Positions 1 to 13,778 of a DNA stretch of 64,000 nt are shown one piece after another. A program made the position numbers and the translations under genes. This DNA comes from Cenococcum geophilum (Eukaryota), in the NCBI GenBank assembly GCA_050273025.1, contig CP158635.1, positions 5,704,001 to 5,768,000 of the forward strand, in the 5' to 3' direction. Numbering within the stretch: the stretch's first letter is position 1; each line of letters opens with the position of its first letter. Below the pieces are notes generated by a model, which saw nothing but the letters and a program-made list of their open reading frames with translations, did not search any database and was not told where the DNA came from.

Positions 1-3000
1 TTGGTAAATGCAAGCTAGTTAATCTAGTTATCTTATAAATACAACGTGTATATCCGGATATACTGTTCTATTATAGCGTTTATATATTCCGTTTAAATAC
101 CTATTTCCGGTAATATATAGTAAATAGTAGTGCTTTAATATAGAGTTAGGTAGTTAGTTTTTTTCTAAAATATAGAGATAAACTAGCTGCCTTTGTTAGA
201 GAGAATCGTTTTAGGAAGTCTGTGGAGTTTCTATACATAATCTAGAAACAGTTAGGCGATAGTAGGCGTTAATATATTAGGGCAGGCGATTAAGTACCTT
301 ATCTTAGATAGCTAGTCTATAATTACTATAATATTTATATAACCTTTACTTACGGGGAGGTTAACAATAAAGTTAATTAAGATATCCTTCTATCTTTGGT
401 CCGGAATAGGTAGTGGCTTTAGGAGGCCGTTATACGTCTTATATAAAGCTTTAGCTCGTCAGCAGATATAGCAGCTAAAGACGTACCTTTGTGTTATATT
501 ATGCATATTCGGCTAATAGTATTCTTATTAGAGTAATTCTAGGGGTTTTCTTTAGCCTAGGTAGCTGGCTACTAGTAGATTATATATATGCTTAAGGAGC
601 TTAAGCCTAAGTTTGTTATAGTTAGGTATAACTAGGCGGTTCTAGTAATATAAGTGGTTTCTATAGGCTTTATATTTACTTAAAGAAATCTTTTTAAAAC
701 GTCTAATGCTATTGTGTATTAGCTTAAGCGTCTCCTAGATAAACTCGTTATTTAGGTATTTATTAACTATAATCTATTTAATTAATCGGTTAGTTATTTC
801 AAGAACGTATACCGTAAGGTCTTTAGTGGGAGGGTTAAATAGTTTAGGGCGAAGTAGGGTCTGATTTTAGTAAGAGTACGCTTTTTTTAGGGCTAGCGCG
901 TCTTATAAGCGTTAGGTTAGGGCGTTAAGCTTTTAACTTTAAATGCTTAGGCGGTATATAATTAAGAATTGGAAATAAGACAGATATTCTAACTAGCGGG
1001 CCTAATAATAACTTAGCTGTTTTATGGTTGTGAAGTACTATAGGTTCTTATAGTCGCTAAGGACCTTAATTAGAAATTTAGCACCTTCTAGTTTAGGTCG
1101 CTATTATTTAAAACATCTAATAATAGCTAATAATTCTTTATTGTAGATCTCGTAGTTATATTTAGCTAGGCTTAATTATTTTAAGAAGTATGCTATAGGG
1201 TATAATACTTCATTCTTATTATATTGAGACAGAATACCTTTAATAACGTAGTTAGGTAAGTTGGCTTCTATAACACTTATTTAGTTTAGGTTAAAGTGTT
1301 AGAGTATAGGCGCAGTAGTAAATATAACCTTTAGATAGGCGAAGGCTTTCTTATATTCCTTATTAAAAATAAAAACTTTATTCTTTTAGGTTAAAGCTAT
1401 AAGGGGTAAAACTAGGGCGGAGAAGTTATTAATAAACCGTTAGTAGAAATTAGTAAATCCTATAAAGGCTTTTACGTCCTTAACGTTCTTAAGTTCTTGC
1501 TAGTTTATAATTACTTTAACTTTCTTTAGGTCTATTTATATATTATTTATAAAAATAAGGAGTTTAAAGTATAGAACTTCCGTTTTATAAAACTCGCATT
1601 TATCTATATCTAATTATAAACTAGCTCTGTATAGGGCTTATAAAATAAGGTTAACGTATTTCCGATATTTAGTTAGGTTATTACTATATATTAAAATATT
1701 ATTAATATAAGCAGTGCAGAAGATATCTAGGTAGGGGCGTAGGGTATTATTTATATAATGTTAAAACGAGCTTAGAGCGTTTATAAGGCTAAAGGGTATT
1801 ACTAAGTATTTAAATAGTCCATATTGGGTGCGAAATGCAGTAAGCTATTTATCTCCTTTTACAATGCGGAGACGGTTAAATGTAAAAATAATATTGAGCT
1901 TTATGTAGTAATGAGCCTTATTTAGTTAGTTTAGCGTCTCTTATATTAACGGGATTGGATATTAGTTCTTAACGGTAACGGCGTTAAGAGCTTAGTAGTC
2001 TATATAGAAGCGCAGACCGCGGCTAGGTTTCTTAACGAAGATTACTAATACGGCTATAGGCGACGAGCTTGCTCTAATAAATCCTTTACTTAGGTTCTTG
2101 TTTAAATACTTTTATAGTACTTAAAGTTTGTTTTAGGATATCCTATATAGGGGTCTAAATCTAGGCTACTTTCCTTCTTTAAATATAATCTTATGGTTAT
2201 ATAATCGGTATTCCAGTAGCTTATTAGCTTCCTTTTATAAGAATACCTCTAGGCGGTTATAATACTCTACTAGTACCTTTATAGCAGGGTTAGTGTACTT
2301 CTTTAGTACTAAGGCCTTTTTAATATCAGCTATAGTGACAGCAAAGATTGTATATTTAGGTTTCTTAGCAAGTTACGCTAGCGAGGTAGCTCTAATTATG
2401 CGGATATCTAGGGTGCTAAGCTCGCTTAGATTCTCCATAGTTTTTTATTTAGGTTTAAGTTTAGGACTAGGTATAGAGTTAGTATTAGATTTCAGTTTAG
2501 GTTCTTTAAAATTCCTTTTTATAGTAGAATACTAGTCCTTTTAGTATTTTTGTGTATTAAGCTTAAGCTTCTACTTAGCTTAGAGTAGTGTAGTGCTTGG
2601 TAATAACTTATGGAATTTAGTAGAGTCTTTAGATCCTTAGTAGATGTCAATGGAATTCTTATACTAGTGGAATCTAGTGGATTTCCTAGATTTTAATTTA
2701 GGGTTAAGATAGTACGTTATACTAGTAAGGCACTTCTGCTTATAACAGGAGGCGGTAAATAGAAGCTTAAGGTTGTTTTAATTAATGGTTACCTTATATA
2801 GCTTTATCTAGGGTTATTTAAGGATTACTAGGTAACTTAAGGTAGTAACAAAAAGCTTAATTAGTTCTTTGTGGTTTAGGTATTAGAGTCTTAGGTATAC
2901 TACGTAGGTAATTTAGCCTAAGACCGTGCGTTTACTATTAAATCTAAATATATTAATATGCCGGTTAAGAGGGGTTAGGGTAAAACCATTATCTTACACA

Positions 3001-3200
3001 AAGATTTTATTAATAAATCCTATGCTACTAGCTCCTGTATTAATTAGGACTTAAGTATTAGCCTATTAATTATTCTACTAAAGATAATAGTTAACAGTTA
3101 TGCTATAATCCTAAGAGTTAGAGTTTGTAACATCTAAAGCGTTTAACGAAATCTTAAGGTAGAGCCGTCCCGGAGAGCAACTTAACTCTAAATATACCTT
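1..3200 (-). pseudogene. RIP-degraded pol of A1 (protease, RT, RNase H, integrase N-part)
   Basis: De-RIP minus-strand motifs: LIDTGA protease ~3030, LRFCIDY/KNRYPIP ~1950-2020, YIDD ~1700, YEIYDKELLAI ~1130, integrase GH..CxxC ~460-570. Confidence 0.88.
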
Positions 3201-4385
3201 TTAGTAGTAAGTAGGAAGGGGTTCCTATAGAACGTTGATTATAGCTTCGCCCTTATAAATGGTGCTTATTAGGCATAGGGCTAGAACTAGGTAAAGATTA
3301 GGGGCGGTAACCGGAAGATTAATACGGTAAACGGTTACTAGTATTAGCCGTTTATAAATTATTTTAGGGCGTAGGTAAGGGGATAAGATAATATTTTAAG
3401 ATATAGTCCTTACTTCCATACTTAAAGTAAAGGCCTAGCTTAATGCGTCTTTCTTATTTAGGGGACCCTAGTAGGGCGTACTCTAGGGTTCTAGTGTTAA
3501 TATTTATAGCGTTAGGGTGCTTAGGCTAAGACAACTTAGTAGACGTTTATAGGGCTATTATATTATATTATGGAGCGTATTTCGGTATTAGGCGTAGTAT
3601 ATCATTATACCGTTTATTAATAACGTTTACGTAGGCGTTAAGGGCTCCTAGTAGGTCTACGCCTATTAGGGAGGTTTTTAGTTTAGGGCTTAGAGATTTA
3701 ATAAGGCTATTAATTAGTGCGGAGTCGTTCTAGCCTATTTCCCTTACATAACGGTTAAATTCGGAGAAGTATACTAGGAAACCTTTTATTCCTTAAGCTA
3801 TATAGTTTATCTTTCTCTAGGTAGTAGCTTAGCGGTTTAGGTCACTATATAAGGCTTTAAGAAGTATAACTAGGCTTTATACTGGGGTTAGCTAAAGGGG
3901 TTTAATAAGGTTAGCTACTTCTCTTTTTAGTTAACTTAGGGCGTAATAGAGTTAGTTAGCTTCGGTTAGGTAATGGTCAGCGTTACTAGTTAGCTTATTT
4001 TTAAGCTAGCTTAGAAATAATTAGAGTTCTTATTATTTACTAGTAAATACTAGGAGATCTAGTAGTCGTTTAAATTGTTTTAGTATAGTAGTTAGTTTAA
4101 GGTAGATAGCTGCTATAGGTTTAGGGCTTACATTCTGCGTATTTATTTCTAGAGATAGTATTCGGTCTTAAGGCCCTAACGTAGGCATCTTAAGTATGCG
4201 GATTTCTTTTTAAAGGTCCTTAATTAATTGCTAATGTTATACTTCTTATTCGGCTTATCGTTAATTTAAAGTAGCTTAATTTTATATAAGGGCGTTTATA
4301 AAAGACTTCTATATTTTTACTAGTTGTTTTTAGAGTATAAATATAATACTAGCGGCCATTATAGAGGCTTTAGGGTCGTTTTGTA
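3200..4385 (-). pseudogene. RIP-degraded gag of A1 with CCHC knuckle
   Basis: Lies between the LTR and the protease. LCF.CGSKDH....C knuckle relic at ~3380-3435; homologous to A2 gag. Confidence 0.75.
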
Positions 4386-4420
4386 TTTTAGAGGTAGTAT
4401 ATAAAGTTAACGTAATATAG

Positions 4421-4715
4421 TATTATAGAGTAAGTATAAGCGGCGATAATATATAGCAAGGTAGATGTTATTAAGCTATATATATAAATTGTATAAGAAG
4501 TTAAGACGTTATATAGGAAAAGAAGGTAGGAAAAATAGGAAGAAAGAGCATATATTATTAACTTAGTTGCTTAGTTAATATATATATAGGGCAGAATAGG
4601 GTTTAGGTTATAGTCCTAGCAGAACTTAGCAAAATTTAGTGAAACTTAGTAGAATATAGCAGAATGCCATAGATTGCCGTTAGATTGCTATTAGATTGCC
4701 ATTAAATTGCTATTT
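4421..4715 (-). repeat. A1 5' LTR, inner part (remainder at 12670-12745)
   Basis: Joined to 12670-12745 across TSD TATTT, it rebuilds the 371-bp A LTR seen at 28720-29090. Confidence 0.92.
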
Positions 4716-5139
4716 TATTACGGACGCTTTAAGTACAATGTTATAACTACTTGGAGAAGAGACGGAAGAAGCTAGTTGGTTAATTTAAGCACGGTCTAGG
4801 ATAGAGCCGATAGAACTATATAACGAGGAATGGTAACTAAGGTCATATAATACGCTACGTATTAAATAAGAGGAACAAAAGGAACTTACGTACCTTATGT
4901 ATAAGACGTACATCACGTATAAAAAGGGATTTTATAGGAGTACGGTTATATATTTAAGGACCCTCAGTCCCTACTTAGATAGTTCCTTCTTTATAGTAAT
5001 TCTTAGAATATAATTAGAGTTAATCTATTGGGCAACCACTCCACTAATTATTATTACGTTGTTAACCTTATACTTGCATTCCTATATACCTAGCCTAATA
5101 ATAAGCCTATCGTAGTTCTTGCTACAAGGTTCCGTTACA
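4716..5139 (+). repeat. B1 5' LTR
   Basis: T(G>A)TTACGG...CCGTTACA; direct repeat of 12241-12664. Confidence 0.95.
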
Positions 5140-5183
5140 CAATTACTACCTAGTTATAGTATTAATACAAGAAGTCGAACAAT

Positions 5184-8127
5184 ATGCTACCAAAAGCAGC
5201 CACTATAATGCCATTAACGGCAGCAACTACTTTAGGGATAGGAGGTAATACCAGTATGGTAGATACTAACTCACAGCAACCTGTAACGATCGGACAGCTA
5301 TAGGAAATAGTTAACTAGCTAATAGCTAATAATACAGTGTTAGAAGAAAGACTTAACGGGATAGGAGTAGCAAAGATTAAGCTACTATTAATTAAGAGAT
5401 TTACAGGAGAAAGGTTAAAGCTTAAAGGATTCCTTATATAAATGCACTTTAAGGTCTTACAGGAAGGAGTAAAGTTACCTATACCTGTGGATCGGATAGC
5501 CTATACAGGACTATTCTTGTTAGGAAAAGCACTTAAGTGGTTTAAATCTTACCTTACGGAGATATAGGCAAATGGAATGACGACTACTAACTAAGATATG
5601 CAATTTATATTCTTAAGTTGGGAAGGATTTGCAGAACAACTTACGTAGATATTTAGAGACCCGGAAGAAATAACTATAGTAGAAAGAAAACTCCAGAACC
5701 TTGTATAATAAACTTTAGCAATTAAGTATATAATATAGTTCTAGACACTAGCAATATAAGTAAAGTGGAATAATAGGGCGCTTATAGTATAGTATAAATA
5801 GGGACTTAAGGCTAAAGTCTAGGACGTAATTATTCTAATAGAAGATGCGGACACCCTAAGGGAACTAATAGATTAGGCGATTAAGATTAACAATTAGATC
5901 TACTAAAGAAAACAGGCTAAGAGAGGCTAGGATAGAGTTCTATAGTTATATAAGGCGCAAAGTACGCAACGACAAAAGCTAAGTTAGAAACTATGGTATG
6001 GCGTAGAGCTAATGGACCTAAGTGGTACTAAAGAAGCCTATAAGAGATGGAGTAAACTATAAAAACCTAGAGGACAAGGATTAAGCAATTAAAGGTCTAA
6101 GGAGTAAAGGCTAAATCAGGGATCTTAATAGCAGAAGACATTTAGGCGGACTCTATAGTAAGAGAAATAGTTTAAAGAAGGAGCTTATATAAATTATAGA
6201 AAACAGGGTTATTATATTAAAGACTATAAAGGCGGGCAGAGTTACTATATAGTAAAAGGTATAAGATTAGTAGACGATATATACGTATAGAGGGACAATA
6301 ATATACTACAAGGAACAAAAGAGTGTTTAATTAAAAGTTTTGCGTTTTATTATAATAACGCATACCAAATTTATAAGGACGCTAAGTATAGCGCAAGCTA
6401 TTAGCTATAAGAGCTAGCACCTATAGGATATAAAGGAACTAACAAACTAGTTCGCAGATCGGATATTAAGGATAATAAATTCAACCTAAACGAAATATTC
6501 CGTAATAATAAGGTAATAAGGGCCGCTTACTAGAAGCGAGCAGACCTTAGAGATGTTATACTAAAGGTAGAGGATAATTCCACTATAGAATAAGGAACAT
6601 TAGTAGGGATTAAAACCCCACTAGACATAATGTTTATTGCTTTATAAGATATAAGAGAAGTAGGATAGTAAACCACTTTGGCACTTAATAAAGGCAAAAG
6701 GCTAAAAGCTTAAGATTCTTAAGACGAGATAAGAGACAACTAAGATTCTTAAGATGAGATAAGGCGCACCCTAGGACCTATAATAGACAAAAACCGATGG
6801 AGTAGGGCAGTAGCTTAGTTTAAAAATATACAAATAAGCTCGGGATAAAGTTTCCTATAGACACAAGACTTTTAAGACAAGATAAGTAAAATTTAAGACT
6901 CTTAAGACGAGATAAGAACACTATAGACGCCTAGTTAGACTAAGGCAGGAGCTAAGCTTAAGTTAGAAACAAGCTTAGGATTAAAGAATCTAAGGGACTA
7001 AGATTTTGGAGTATAAATAAGGACACCTATAAGCAAAAGGCAAGGAGCTTCTTTATAGATTAGAGAATCTGCAATATAAATAGCAGTTAGACTAGGAGAT
7101 AGACATATAGACCTAGAAGACTTACTAGGGGAATATAGTATTTAGCCTAAAGATTAAAAGTTTAATACTAGGATTAAGAAGTAAGATAACTTTAAGGATT
7201 AGGGCGTAAGGCGTAAACCAAAAAAAACCATAGAAGAATTTAGGCAAAGAATTATCGCATAGCAAGAATAGAAACTAGATAAGAGATCTAGTATATTAGG
7301 ACGTATAAAGGATAGAGCACTAGTATAAAGAATTACTAATAGGCCAAGAGTAGGCACACTAAGAGCTAAGTGGCTTACTAAACTAGAAAATGAAGAGGAT
7401 CTAGGGATTTTAACTAGGTTCGAAGAACGACATATAAAGGGCTATTATAATATAGTAATAAGAAGATACTTCCTTACGGACAGACTATATATACTCTAGT
7501 AGCTATACTAAAAGTGGTATAGGCAAAGGCACAATAATAAGTGGGAAGATTTCTATATATAGTTGGATGAAAAAGTTATCTAGGACCACCCAATTATGGA
7601 GAAGGCTATAACGTATATTAAAGGAGCCTTAATTATAACATTAAAGGATCTAGAGGAATATTTAGAGGACTAGAGAAGCAAGAGACGCATCTTAATACCT
7701 ACAAATAAAGTTATAATGTTTAGATTAGTATAATAAAGGTTTAAACTTAGGGATAAAAACAAGCTAAGAGTTAACCTAAAGCACCTAGCATACTATATGT
7801 TATCATGGATTGCGTACGTGGACGATATATATAAAATGCATAAGAATCCAAAGGAAAAGAATTGGAAATACCCTATAAGAATGTACTAGATAACGGACAA
7901 ATAATAGTACAGGAATGCTAAATATATATATAGATAGTATCTAGCAGAGGTTTAAGAGGAAGGAAGTGTAATACTTTAACCAGGAAGATTTTTTATGGAA
8001 GAATGCTTAGATGGATAATAGTAGTAGGAATGCCTAGAAAACATATATCTATAGTATATTAAAGATAAAAAGCGAACTAGGTATTAGCCAAAGAGCAAGC
8101 TAAGTACACTAGGATTAAGCAGCTAAT
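5184..8127 (+). pseudogene. Extended gag of B1 (capsid, CCHC knuckle, ~650-codon extension with three Cys/His motifs)
   Basis: ATG at 5184, knuckle relic at ~6185-6228, extra motifs at ~6320-6415, ~7790-7875 and ~8000-8090. Confidence 0.8.
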
Positions 8128-8129
8128 AG

Positions 8130-11100
8130 TTAGGAAAAGTAAAGGCCTATAGGACTAGAGGGAGCCAGTAGTAGAGCCTTAGACCCTTAAAGAAATTCAA
8201 GAACGACACCTAAATTTACGAATTAATTAGTAGGATTAGCAGTTCGAAGCGCTAATAGATAGTAAAGTAACGCGAAACCATATCTTACTAGTAGTAGTTA
8301 AGAGAATAGGACTACCTTATAGATAGAAGGAGCAACCTTACCTATTAGTTACAATTTTAGGGGATCTAATAACCTATAGAGGAGGGATTATTAATCTTAA
8401 AACAGGACCTATTTAGATAACTATTAAAGGAAGATAAATCAAGATATCTTTTAATATCCTACCATTGGGACGGGATAAGGCAGTATTAGGCATGCCTTAG
8501 TTATAGAAATATAATCTAAGGATCAATTAGATTACGGGTTAGATTAATATTAGAGATACTTAACGCCATAAGATGCGATAATAAGCCAAGTTAGTATAGT
8601 ACTAAGTAGGAACAACCTACAAAGAAACAGAAAAAGGACTAAGTTATATACTAAAGAGATACTATAAGTATGGCAAAAAACTATAGTTACCAGAAAGTGA
8701 AAAGCTATTAAAATATGCAGTATGGGACTATAAGATAGAATTGGAACTAGGAATAAGTCTAAGGTTCTTTCCAATCTATAAGCTTACTAAAGAAGAAGGT
8801 AGAGCACTAAAAGAGTTTATTTAGGAAAATCTACGGAAGGGATATATTAGACTATTGCAGTTATTAGCGGGTTATCCAGTACTGTTTATACTAAAAAAAA
8901 ATAGTAAACTAAGGTTATATATCGACTATAGATAGTTAAATAGTATTACTAGGAAGGATAGGTATCCTTTACCCTTAATTAGCGAAATTTAAGACAGAAT
9001 AGGTAATGCGCAAATCTTTATAAAGATAAATCTAAGATAGGCGTACTATTAAATTAGGATTAAGGAAGGCAATAAATAAAAGGCAGCCTTTAGGTTAAAG
9101 AAAGGACTATATAAACTATTAGTTATATAATTTAGACTTATAAACGTACTAGCAACGTTTTAAAAACATATTAACAATATATTAGGAGAACACTTAGACG
9201 AATTTGTTATAGTATACCTTAACAATATTATTATCTACTTAATAACTAAGGAAGAATATAGGGAATATGTTAAATGGGTCTTAAAGAGACTATAAGAAGA
9301 ATAGATGCTAGTAGTAATTAAGAAATACGAGTTCTTTATTAGGAAGACCAATTTTATTAGATTTATTATCAAACTAGGCCAACTTAGTATAGATCCAAAG
9401 AAGATTAAGGCTATAGTAAATTGGTAGAAACCAAAGAATATTATATAGTTAAGATCGTTCCTAGGGTTTTATAATTACTGTAGAAGGTTTATAGCGCAGT
9501 AGTTAAAGGACATTAAGCCATTTATACGGTTAATAAAGAAAGAAGAACTATAGGCATAGGGAGAGGAGTAAAGAAAACTCTTTAAAAAAGTTAAAGAGTT
9601 GTTTACCTAGGAGCTAGTTCTTAAAATTTATTAACTAGGACTAGAGACGGTTATAAAGATAGATATATTAGACTATATACTAGGGGCGTACTTTATATAA
9701 AGGCATTAAGATAGATGGCACCTAGTAGCATACTATAGTTAGAAGATAATACTACTAGAGTTAAACTATGATATCTACAATAAGGAGTTATTAGGTATAG
9801 TTACAGTATTAAAAGAATAAAGGGCATTCTTATAAGGTACAGAGAAACTATTTATAGTTAAGACGGATTATAAAAACCTAATAGGATTCCTAATAATAAA
9901 GGAACTTAACTAAAGACAGGTTAGATAGGCAGAGATGCTTACGGAATACTATTTTAAAATTTAGTATACTAAAGGAACAGACAATACGCGGGTAGATGCT
10001 CTAAGCTGTAAAGCTAAACTATAAAATAAGGAAAAGCTATTAGGGGCTTTATTACAAAAGGATATAGACGGATTAATTAGGTATAATTATCCGGAAATTG
10101 CAGCAACTTAAGAAAATAATAAACTAGAGAAAGTCTACAAAATACCGGAAAGCTTTTGGGTATAAAGAATTCTAAAAGCATAGCTAGAAGATCTATAGAC
10201 AGATATATATAAAAATTAAGAAGCAAAATATATCCTAAGAAGTATAGCAGAGTAGTTTATAAAAGACTTCTATAAGGGACTAACTTAAGGACATAATAGG
10301 GCTATAGGCTTAGTATTAAGACTCTAGGAGGAATATATTATTAATGGAATCTAGAGGATAGCTAGAAAAGTTATAAAGGAATATCTAGATTACTAAAGAA
10401 ATAAACTAACGAGGTATAAGCCATATAGAGGGCTATAACCTATTAAAATACTAAAGAGACCATAGGAGGTTATATTATAGGACTTTATTATTAAGTTACT
10501 AAAATTAAAGGACCTAATTACTAGATAAGATTATAACGTAATCTTAGTAATAGTGAATAAGCTTATGAAGTAGGGATACTTTATAGCATACACAGAAGAA
10601 ATCTTAGCGGAAGATATTGCTAGAATCTATATTAAAGAAGTGTTTATAAGATATAGAGCACTAAGCAAAATTATATTGGATAGAGATCTAAGATTCGTAA
10701 TAGTATTCTAGGAAGTGTTTTTAGCGGAGCAAGAAGTTTAAGCAGTAACTTCTACCGTATATTATCTATAAACAGACGGTTAAACGGAAAGATTAAACTA
10801 GATACTAAAATAATATCTAAGGCATTATATTAATTATGTATAGAATAATTAGGTATCGCTATTACTAGTTATATAATTTATATATAATACAACACCTTAA
10901 GAAGGAATAGGCATATTACTATTTAAGGCAAATTATAGATATAAGACAAGAATATTATTATTACTATAGTAAGTAAAGAAAACGAGTAGTATAGCCAAAG
11001 AAAGGATAAAGGATTTAATAAATCTTTATGCAAACCTTATAGAGATAGCTAAGGTAGTACAGCAGAGAATAAAAAAGTACTATAATGCTAAGAGATCTAA

Positions 11101-11547
11101 GGGACTAGATCTTAAGGAGGGAGATAAAGTATAGCTACTATACAAAAATTTTAAGAGTTAATGACTAAGTAAGAAATTAAACTATATTAGACTAGGACCT
11201 TTTAAAATTATATAAAGGATTTCACCGGTTACGTTTAAGTTAAACCTACTAGCTAAAATAAAGATCTACCCTATATAGTACATCGTAATACTAGAGCCAG
11301 CATATAGGAATATTAAGCCACCGGTTTATAAAGTAGACATATATAGAGGATAAAAAGAAGACAAATAGTAAGTTTTAAAGATTGTTAATTATAAGGATAT
11401 TAACGACAAAACATAGTATAAGGTTAAGTGGATAGGCTATACTAAGACTACCTAGAAACTACTAAAGAATTTAAAAAACGCTATAGGAAAGGTACAGGAG
11501 TATCAGAAGAAATTAGGTTAGGCAGCATTAATAAAGAAGGATTGTTA
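8130..11547 (+). pseudogene. pol of B1 (PR-RT-RNase H-integrase-chromodomain)
   Basis: ALIDS ~8250, RKDRYPLP ~8950, YLDD relic ~9215, YDIYDKELL ~9770, QTDGQTER ~10770, chromodomain ~11360-11500. Confidence 0.92.
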
Positions 11548-12132
11548 AAGAATAAGTCACCTAAGGGGGACCTAAGAAGAGCAGTTACCGAACTACTTAA
11601 ATCTATTTCCTTCTCTATTAGAAGAGAATTTATTCTTTTATTACCTAGTTTTTATAAACCTTATTTTATAAGTTTCTACTCCTTAGAACAAACCTTCTTA
11701 TAAACCTTCTTAAGACGAAGTAAATAAGCAAACGCTATAATTCGAGCATCTAGGGCCTTCTATTCCGCGTTATAAAAATATTCTAACTTAGCAAGGGTTT
11801 ATAATAGTTTACTATCTAGCTATATAGCAGTAGATTAAATATAAAACCCTAAGACAAATTAATTAGGGAACTAGACGACTATTAAGAGTAATAGGTTGCG
11901 TATATTTAGCATTAGAAGTAGAGCAAACGTTATAGGATAAGCGAATATTCGCTTTAGTACACTCTAAGTAAGAGGACGGTTGTTATAAAAATAGGTTTGC
12001 CAACGCAACGTAAACTAACCCCTCTTTTAAATAATAAGAACACAGAGATAGTATAATCTCACTAAAAGACAATATTACAGCAATAGTGCGGGCACAACAT
12101 TGGGCGTATAAAGAAGAAATTGCTTTAGGTAT
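11481..12132 (-). pseudogene. Antisense, probably spliced Cys-rich extra ORF of B1
   Basis: Homologous to 24971-26597 in B3. CxxC..C..CxxC..C cluster followed by a coiled-coil-like stretch. The 3' end is uncertain. Confidence 0.65.
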
Positions 12133-12240
12133 AATAAATAATAATAGCAACTAAATTAATTAGACGGATATTATACCTCTAGTAAATGACTTAGAGATAT
12201 TTTAAATCTTTAAGGATAAAGATAAAAAGGAGGGAGATAG

Positions 12241-12664
12241 TGTTATAGACGCTTTAAGTATAATATTATAACTACTTAGAGAAGAGATGAAAGAAGCTAG
12301 TTAGTTAATTTAAGTATGGTTTAGGATAGAGCCGATAGAACTATATAACAAGGAATGGTAACTAAGGTTATATAATACGCTACGTATTAAATAAGAGGAA
12401 TAAAAGGAACTTATATACCTTATATATAAGACATATATTATATACAAAAAGGGATTTTATAGGAGTACGGTTATATATTTAAGGACCCTTAGTCCCTACC
12501 TAGATAGTTCCTTCTTTATAGTAATTCTCAGAATACAATTAGAGTTAATCTGTTAGGCAACCACTCTACCAGTTATTATTACGTTGTTAACCTTGTACTT
12601 GTATTCCTACACACCTAGCCTAATAACGAGCCCATCGTAGTTCTTGCTACAAGGTTCCGTTATA
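12241..12664 (+). repeat. B1 3' LTR
   Basis: Direct repeat of 4716-5139, preceded by the PPT. Confidence 0.95.
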
Positions 12665-12669
12665 TATTT

Positions 12670-12745
12670 CACAGTTAGTCTTTAATTGCTAAGTTAGTAG
12701 AAATAGGTAGACGTGTATAAGGTGTTATAGGGATGTCCCGTAACA
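12670..12745 (-). repeat. A1 5' LTR, outer part
   Basis: Reverse complement of the start of the A LTR (28720 onward). Confidence 0.92.
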
Positions 12746-13582
12746 GTCTATAGATTATATCTTTTTTCGCTAGATAAGATCTATCTAGGTAGTTCTTATA
12801 TCCTTATAGGATTAAAGGTCTTAATTTTTTCTTTTAGAAGCCCAGAGCCTTCTTTTCCTAAAAAAAGGTAGGGTAGGAACCTTATAGGCTATAATTTAAA
12901 CCTATAGTTCTAATTTTTGTTCTCTTTAAAAGGTAAAGCAGTTATACTAGATCTCCTTATATTTAACTAGGAAATCTACATTATACTCTTCTATAGTTAT
13001 ATAAAGAATATTTCATTTTCCTTTAGTTTTAGCTATAGACGCTAGTATTAGCTTTTTTACTTATAGTTTTAATATAAATAGTTAATTGACTTTATTTTAT
13101 ATAGAGAATATATCTAGGAATTAGTCCTTTTTATCTATAATTAAGACTAGCTTCCTTTCCTATAGCTGCTTTTTCTTACTTTTAGTAGAGCTAGAGCTAG
13201 AGCTAGGCGTACTACTAGTTACCCTACTAGAAGAAGGAGGGGTAGACAATAATAAGGAAGATAGGGAGGATAAAGAAGGGAGGTCCTTCTTTAGCCTCTT
13301 TGCGTAAGTTTCTTTAATAGGAGCTACCTCCTTATAGAGAGCTCTTACTTCTTCTACTAGTCCTTTTAGGACATCGTTTGTCTTCTCTTTTTCTTTTTCT
13401 TTTTCTTCTTCTTCTTCTTCTTATATAAAGGGATTTTCTCCTAATAGGATACTTTGTGTATAGTATACTAGCTATTTAACTTATTCTTTTATTTCTTCTC
13501 TTTCTTTTTCTTCTTTTTCTAACCCTTTATAGGCCTAGGTTAGGCCTTCTAAAGCGAAGCTTAGATGTTGTTCTAGAGAAAA

Positions 13583-13778
13583 TATTACAGCACTAACCTA
13601 ACGCGTACTGTTTTATACTGTCTCGTACTATCTTATACTATTTCCTACTATTAGCTAGCCCACCACTAGCGCCTTGGCGGCTGGCCCTACTATTTATATA
13701 TAATACCCCCTTTTACCTTCTTCTCCTCTTTATACCATAACGTAGTTATTTAGTCTACTTTATTACAGCACTATAACA
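13583..13778 (+). repeat. C 5' LTR
   Basis: Direct repeat of 22225-22420. Confidence 0.94.

Larger units (their letters stand above)
4716..12664 (+). mobile_element. Full-length Ty3/Gypsy chromovirus family B, copy B1
   Basis: 424-bp LTRs at 4716-5139 and 12241-12664, TSD TATTT (4711-4715 / 12665-12669), PPT aaaaaggagggagatag before the 3' LTR. Confidence 0.96.
1..12745 (-). mobile_element. Ty3/Gypsy LTR retrotransposon family A, copy A1 (3' part runs off the window start; 5' LTR interrupted by B1)
   Basis: Reverse complement matches the LTR and pol of copy A2 (28720-34717). The LTR ends ...cccgtaaca at 12745. Confidence 0.93.

Noticed and set aside
5140..5160. tRNA primer-binding sites after the 5' LTRs of B, A and C
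   Set aside because: No TGG-starting tRNA complement is visible. Self-priming is possible, but RIP makes the pairing too weak to call.
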